NCBI GenBank assembly: GCA_020854065.1
Contig: JADZGF010000010.1
Span: 1-44,520 of the forward strand
Reading direction: 5' to 3'
DNA from: Candidatus Nomurabacteria bacterium
Lineage (GTDB): Bacteria; Patescibacteriota; Minisyncoccia; Phycocordibacterales; SBAW01
Length of the DNA stretch: 44,520 nucleotides
The translations under genes were made by a program, and so were the position numbers. This document shows positions 40,470-44,520 of this stretch, one piece after another. Within the stretch, counting starts at the first letter, position 1. Every line of letters starts with the position of its first letter. The notes beneath the pieces were generated by a model. It saw only the letters and a list, made by a program, of their open reading frames with translations, was not told the DNA's origin and did no database searches.

Positions 40470-41822
40470 ATGGCTTCCTATACTCCGACCATCGGACTTG
40501 AGATTCATGCTGAGCTCAAGACCGCAACAAAGATGTTTTGTGGGTGCCGCAACAATCCAGACGAGGTGGCGCCTAATACCAATGTATGTGCAGTATGTCT
40601 CGCGCATCCCGGCACGCTTCCCGTTATGAACGGCGAGGCAGTACGCAAAGTACTTTTGGTTGGTAAAGCACTTAATGCAACACTCGCAGATTTTAGTGAG
40701 TTTGATCGCAAGAACTATTTCTATCCAGATATCCCAAAGGGATATCAAATCAGTCAGTATCAGTATCCGCTGGTGCAGGGAGGTTCACTTGGCGGAGTTG
40801 CGGTTACGCGTGTTCATCTTGAAGAAGATACTGCGCGCTCACAACACGTGGGCGATAAATCGCTCGTCGACTATAACCGTGCAGGAGTACCGCTCATGGA
40901 ATTAGTGACTGAACCGGTTATCCACGATGCAGCAACTGCTGGTGCATTTGCTCGTGAACTCCAACTCCTTTTGCGGACCCTTGGGGCCGGGGAGGCCAAT
41001 ATGGAGAAGGGTGAAATGCGTGTGGAGGCCAACATCTCTGTCTCCAAAGATGCCACGTTTGGTACAAAAGTAGAGGTCAAAAACCTTAACTCCTTCCGCT
41101 CTGTTGAACGCGCTATCGAATATGAAGTGAAGCGCCAAATCGAACTTATTGAATCTGGCGGCACTGTTGTGCAAGAGACACGTGGCTGGGACGAAGCTAA
41201 GCAAGTTACCTTCTCTCAGCGCAAGAAAGAATCGTCACACGACTATCGGTATTTCCCTGATCCAGATCTACCAAAACTTATGGTGTCTGAATCTCCAACA
41301 CTTTCACATCTTGAACTTCCAGAACTTCCATCACAGATGCGTGAGCGTTTGCGCGCAATGGGCTTCTTGCAGGATCAAGACATTGAACAGTTGGTAGGGG
41401 ATGCACAACTCACGCAGCTCTTTGCTGCTGTCGAATCAAAGAATGCTGATCCAGCGATTCTTAAAGTTGCTGCAAACTTTATTCTCAATGACATCGCAGG
41501 GCAGATTAAAAAAGATCCTGTGTGGCAGCTTCCCTCAGCGGACTTTCTCCTCGAGGTAATAACAAAATATCAGAGCGGTGCAATTGCATCTCCACAAGCA
41601 AAAGCATCCATACTCACCGGAGTGCATGCGGAGGCAATGAGTACTGACGCGCTCAGTGATATTGCAAAACAAGTGATTGATGCGAATCCTTCTGTCGTTG
41701 CCGAGTTTAAAGCTGGCAAGGAGGCATCAATGCAATTTCTCGTAGGGCAGGGTATGAAGCTCTCTAAGGGCTCGGCTAACCCACAGGCGCTACGGGATGC
41801 CATACAAACGATTCTCGCCTAG
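40470..41822 (+). CDS. gatB: Asp-tRNA(Asn)/Glu-tRNA(Gln) amidotransferase subunit B
   Basis: Start moved to ATG 40470 (MASYTPTIGLEIHAELKTATKMFCGC). Motifs PGTLPVMN, DRKNYFYPDIPKGYQISQ, HLEEDTA and MRVEANISV. Confidence 0.95.
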   Translation: MASYTPTIGLEIHAELKTATKMFCGCRNNPDEVAPNTNVCAVCLAHPGTLPVMNGEAVRKVLLVGKALNATLADFSEFDRKNYFYPDIPKGYQISQYQYPLVQGGSLGGVAVTRVHLEEDTARSQHVGDKSLVDYNRAGVPLMELVTEPVIHDAATAGAFARELQLLLRTLGAGEANMEKGEMRVEANISVSKDATFGTKVEVKNLNSFRSVERAIEYEVKRQIELIESGGTVVQETRGWDEAKQVTFSQRKKESSHDYRYFPDPDLPKLMVSESPTLSHLELPELPSQMRERLRAMGFLQDQDIEQLVGDAQLTQLFAAVESKNADPAILKVAANFILNDIAGQIKKDPVWQLPSADFLLEVITKYQSGAIASPQAKASILTGVHAEAMSTDALSDIAKQVIDANPSVVAEFKAGKEASMQFLVGQGMKLSKGSANPQALRDAIQTILA

Positions 41823-41841
41823 TACTCGGTAGGGGGAGTTG

Positions 41842-41868
41842 TTGCACATTGCTTAGGCGAGGTATACT
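41842..41868 (+). promoter_or_regulatory. Promoter (TTGCAC, 15-nt spacer, TATACT) ending 7 nt before ATG 41875, giving a leaderless-type start
   Basis: The -35 is at 41842-41847 and the -10 at 41863-41868. The A of the ATG falls at the expected TSS position. Confidence 0.45.
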
Positions 41869-41874
41869 ACCCGC

Positions 41875-42564
41875 ATGGACGAGCTTGAACTTTCTGGTCG
41901 ACGTCATCTCTCGGCAAAGCGTGCTGCGCGTGAGCATCGCTATCATAGTGATTACATTGGACAGCTTATCCGCTCGGGTAAAGTTGCAGGCCAAAAGGTT
42001 GGCCGTTCCTGGTATGTCGATGCAGAGTCTCTGAGTGCCTACCTTGCGGGGGAGTCACAGCCTGCCGCTCCGGCACAGGTGCCACCACCTGTTCCAACTC
42101 CTCCTCCGGCACCTGTTGAGGCTCCTGCCCCGCAACCAGTAGTAGAGACTCCGGTTGTCGAAGTAGAAGAAAAAGAAGAAGTTGAAGTTGTTGTGCCGCA
42201 ACCCGTGCGCATAACAAAAACTCCTGAACCAATTGTCGTCGAAGAAAAACCGCAACCTATAAAAATTTCTACACCATCACCTGTTCCACAACCAACAGGT
42301 TTACGATTTGTTCCTGACGATGAACCTATTGTGCGTGCGGTGCATACTATGCCAACACCGCAGACAGCGTACGACGATAGTGACGATGAAGGAGACGTTG
42401 TCATCACTCCTTCAGTGAAGTCATCTCGCATGCAACCCGTTATGCTCGCGACACTTGCAGTGTGTGCATTCGCTCTCACGCTTGCATCATCATATTTTTT
42501 TGTACATCGCACTATAGTTGCAGGCAGCAACACAAGTGCAGCGGTGCAGTTAAGCGGTAAGTAG
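41875..42564 (+). CDS. Membrane-tethered helix-turn-helix protein: excisionase/MerR-like HTH, Pro-rich linker and C-terminal TM
   Basis: LSAKRAAREHRYHSDYIGQLIRSGKVAGQKVGRSWYVDAESLSAYL is an HTH_17-like pattern. The Pro/Val/Glu linker reads PAAPAQVPPPVPTPPPAPVEAPAPQP. The TM helix is VMLATLAVCAFALTLASSYFFV. Confidence 0.6.
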   Translation: MDELELSGRRHLSAKRAAREHRYHSDYIGQLIRSGKVAGQKVGRSWYVDAESLSAYLAGESQPAAPAQVPPPVPTPPPAPVEAPAPQPVVETPVVEVEEKEEVEVVVPQPVRITKTPEPIVVEEKPQPIKISTPSPVPQPTGLRFVPDDEPIVRAVHTMPTPQTAYDDSDDEGDVVITPSVKSSRMQPVMLATLAVCAFALTLASSYFFVHRTIVAGSNTSAAVQLSGK

Positions 42565-42735
42565 CATTTATAAGAGCTTCTCAATCAGCTTCTTCGGGGG
42601 CTTTTTTATATTGTGCGACAGATTGCCAGTGGTATTTTTGTATTTTTAAAAGATAATTCTGCATGCTTGAAGAGTTCTTTATAAAAGACGCCACCTTGCT
42701 TTCCCGAAACATCAATCAATGCCCTTTAGTGGCAG

Positions 42736-42812
42736 ATAGCCGAGTATTTTTCTGGGTTCGAGTATCCGAGATATAGCCGAGTATTGCTTATGCAGTATGA
42801 GTATCTCGATAT
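42736..42812 (+). repeat. Cluster of phased short direct repeats (13-bp ATAGCCGAGTATT x2; GAGTAT x4 at 18-20 bp spacing)
   Basis: ATAGCCGAGTATT occurs at 42736-42748 and 42773-42785. GAGTAT starts at 42742, 42760, 42779 and 42799. CCGAGATAT / ATATCGG form a partial inverted pair. Confidence 0.45.
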
Positions 42813-42923
42813 CGGCAATCCGGTCCTATTAAGTAAGGAATGTTTTTTGCTGCGAGGAGCCAATTTTTTCCTTGGCTCTATAGGGCTCGAGGTATAGGCC
42901 AGAGGGAAATATCGATCGTGTCT

Positions 42924-42932
42924 TTATCCACA
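42924..42932 (+). promoter_or_regulatory. Second perfect DnaA box TTATCCACA, inside a 479-bp AT-rich non-coding region
   Basis: tctTTATCCACAtaa. A degenerate copy, ATATCCATA, lies about 60 bp downstream. Confidence 0.3.
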
Positions 42933-43043
42933 TAATTTTTAGGTTTTTTGACCTTTGATACGACAAATAAAAATAAAATATATCCATACAGCAATTCTCG
43001 AACTTTCTGAGAAAAATAAAGACTTTTCGACCTTTTTTGCACA

Positions 43044-44520
43044 ATGACCTCGGATAACAAATCATATATAGCTACGAACGAGGTAATCCTTTCTGCAAAG
43101 GAGGCTGCGAATCTTTTGCAGTGCACTCCAGACTACATCACCAAACTTGCCAGAGAAGGCAAGCTCGACGGTACGCAAAACGGTAAGGGTTGGCAGGTGA
43201 CTCATTCGTCACTCAAGCGTTATGAGGCAACGCGTGATAACCAGAAAGCCGAGCGAGCGAAAGACCTTGCAGAGGAACGTCGCCGTGAGCTTGTTGCGTC
43301 AACTCCAACTTCGCTCAAGCACGTATACGTTGCGCTCATGCTCTCACTTGTGTTTGGTGCTACAACATTTTCTCTTGCGTCCGTTATCAAACACGATGTT
43401 GCCGGAATACAGGCAGCTTCTCTTGGTCGTGTTGAATCACCTTTCTTTGCTTCATTTGATCTTGGAGGTGTAGTTGGTTCTGTACGCGATGCAGTTGCTC
43501 GCTTGTTTGCGCCATCAACAAATCTTTCACCAGTTGCGAATCAAAATATCTCGACACCAAACACAGCAACCACAACGATAGTAAACAATTACACGACCGC
43601 TCAGGTTGTTGAACGAATTGTTGAGCGTGTTGCACCAGCAGACTCAGCAACACTCACGGTTAACTTTAGTGACTGGGCTACTGCTTTTGAGACTCGCTTT
43701 GAACTGCAGGTCAACCGCATTTTTGATGTTATTGGTGACCTTGAAACTGGTGGGGGCGGAATTAGCACCATTACCGATGCCGACGTCCCGGACACTATAA
43801 CCGCAAGTAACTATCTACCACTCGCAGGAGGCACCCTGACCGGTGATCTCTTTGGTACCACTGCAACCTTTGACTCGATCTTGGTGACGGATGCTACTTC
43901 GACCAATGCAACGACGACTAATTTCTGGTTGCTTGGTGCGGCAGAAGGGTGTGCGCAGTTTGATACCAACGGCAAATTAACATCGACTGGCACGAACTGT
44001 GGCAGCGGTGGCGGCGGCGCTGATGGTAACTGGGTGTACTTCAATGGTTCTGGTATTCGTCTGGCAACAACCTCGGTTCAGGTAGTCATTGGTGCAACTG
44101 CTACATCGAGTGATTCAAAAGTACAAATTGTCGGTGGTCTTACGCTCGACAACTCCACAACAACCAGCGCCACAACAACCACCTTTGGAATCACTGCACT
44201 TCAAAACGCACTTCTTGGTACGAACGCAGAAGGGTCTGTCATTGCAACTACTTCACTCTCTATCAGTCAGTACCTAACGGGCACTCTTCCTGTTGCAAAC
44301 GGCGGTACCGGCGCATCCTCTCTCACATCTGGCCAGCTCCTCTATGGAGCAGGAACCGGTGCAGTACAGAGTGTTGCAACCGGCACCGTCTCCTCCGGCG
44401 CAGGTATCTCAGTGACTGCAGGCCAGTACATCATCGGCTCAGGGCTTACCATCACCAACACCGGCGTTACCTCTCTTGCAGGCACGGCAAACCAAATCAC
44501 TGCAAGTGCTGCAACTGGTG
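43044..44520 (+). CDS. Large surface protein, 3-prime partial: N-terminal HTH, TM helix and an extracellular Thr/Gly-rich region with phage-tail-fibre-like motifs
   Basis: Not in the ORF track because it runs off the window. Hand translation from ATG 43044 gives 492 codons with no stop. The HTH is LSAKEAANLLQCTPDYITKLAREGKLDGTQNGKGWQV. The TM helix is VYVALMLSLVFGATTFSLASVI. Other motifs are YLPLAGGTLTGDL (43812-43850) and LPVANGGTGASSL (44286-44324). Confidence 0.65.
   Translation, partial: MTSDNKSYIATNEVILSAKEAANLLQCTPDYITKLAREGKLDGTQNGKGWQVTHSSLKRYEATRDNQKAERAKDLAEERRRELVASTPTSLKHVYVALMLSLVFGATTFSLASVIKHDVAGIQAASLGRVESPFFASFDLGGVVGSVRDAVARLFAPSTNLSPVANQNISTPNTATTTIVNNYTTAQVVERIVERVAPADSATLTVNFSDWATAFETRFELQVNRIFDVIGDLETGGGGISTITDADVPDTITASNYLPLAGGTLTGDLFGTTATFDSILVTDATSTNATTTNFWLLGAAEGCAQFDTNGKLTSTGTNCGSGGGGADGNWVYFNGSGIRLATTSVQVVIGATATSSDSKVQIVGGLTLDNSTTTSATTTTFGITALQNALLGTNAEGSVIATTSLSISQYLTGTLPVANGGTGASSLTSGQLLYGAGTGAVQSVATGTVSSGAGISVTAGQYIIGSGLTITNTGVTSLAGTANQITASAATG

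Noticed and set aside
42039-42584. 181-aa minus-strand Gly/Thr/Ser-rich ORF, and the analogous + strand 93-aa Pro/Ala ORF at 36201-36482
   Set aside because: These are mirror images of low-complexity coding sequence (the Pro-rich linker of the HTH protein and the Gly-zipper protein). In each case the opposite strand carries the structured domains (HTH plus TM, and the stress-protein ends).
42752-42770. tRNA-like T-arm (GGTTCGAGTATCC), possibly a tRNA fragment or att site
   Set aside because: The flanking bases cannot form a T-stem (CTGGG versus ATCCG). No acceptor or anticodon arms are present, and no integrase is nearby.
42736-42812. CRISPR array
   Set aside because: The repeats are only 6-13 bp long with irregular content, there are no spacer-like unique units of 25-40 bp, and no cas genes are in the window.
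42829-43126. Two overlapping minus-strand ORFs of 78 and 82 aa in the AT-rich region
   Set aside because: Their composition is driven by AT-rich DNA (Phe/Lys/Ile/Tyr-rich), they have no SD or motifs, and the second overlaps the well-supported + strand HTH gene start at 43044.
43222-44277. Small + and - strand ORFs from the track (43222-43473, 43387-43653, 43601-43800, 43811-44044, 44089-44277)
   Set aside because: All lie inside the long open frame starting at 43044, which has HTH, TM and tail-fibre-like motifs. They are off-frame artefacts.
1-44520. Alternative genetic code (TGA recoded, as in some candidate-phyla lineages)
   Set aside because: TGA ends many well-defined genes and forms ATGA coupling overlaps. 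All recognised proteins have normal lengths under the standard code.

Overview
This 44.5 kb window is about 50% GC, tightly packed and mostly on the + strand. It uses the standard genetic code, since TGA serves as the stop in many ATGA stop/start overlaps. All homology calls rest on motifs I recognised by eye; no searches were run.

The gene content suggests a small-genome, monoderm, Patescibacteria/CPR-like bacterium (inference only). That content includes a soluble coupling-protein-like ATPase beside a ComEA-like DNA binder, many GT4/GT2/GT-C enzymes, HTH-TM surface proteins and scattered housekeeping genes.

Layout:
- (1) 71-4855: secreted glycoside-hydrolase-like protein, two small proteins, a TraD/VirD4-like P-loop ATPase and a ComEA-HhH/PKD/LTD surface protein.
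- (2) 4861-32984: a roughly 28 kb glycan island. It carries nucleotide-sugar enzymes, five GT4-type enzymes, two GT2s, AsnB and three GT-C membrane transferases. It also has a HAD-UbiA (DPPR-synthase-like) fusion with an SMR-type flippase, a GT2 plus YdjC-deacetylase-GtrA fusion, and a complete phosphonate branch. That branch consists of a cytidylyltransferase-PEP mutase fusion, phosphonopyruvate decarboxylase, Fe-ADH and LicD. The island closes with a Wzx flippase and a Wzy_C/O-antigen-ligase-like TPR protein.
- (3) 32985-33576: a complex intergenic region with a candidate sRNA, a DnaA box, a palindrome and a poly-Lys micro-ORF with an attenuator.
- (4) secA, a glycine-zipper stress protein and ccdA.
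- (5) 37481-39056: a self-contained, translationally coupled three-gene cassette of an unknown protein, a minimal Cys-less E1/ThiF-like enzyme and a 68-aa ubiquitin-like protein ending in Gly. This is my top candidate for an undescribed system.
- (6) A DUF360 membrane protein, obg and gatB.
- (7) Two HTH-TM proteins. The second runs off the window end and carries phage-tail-fibre-like motifs.

I saw no rRNA, tRNA, CRISPR array, transposase or integrase.
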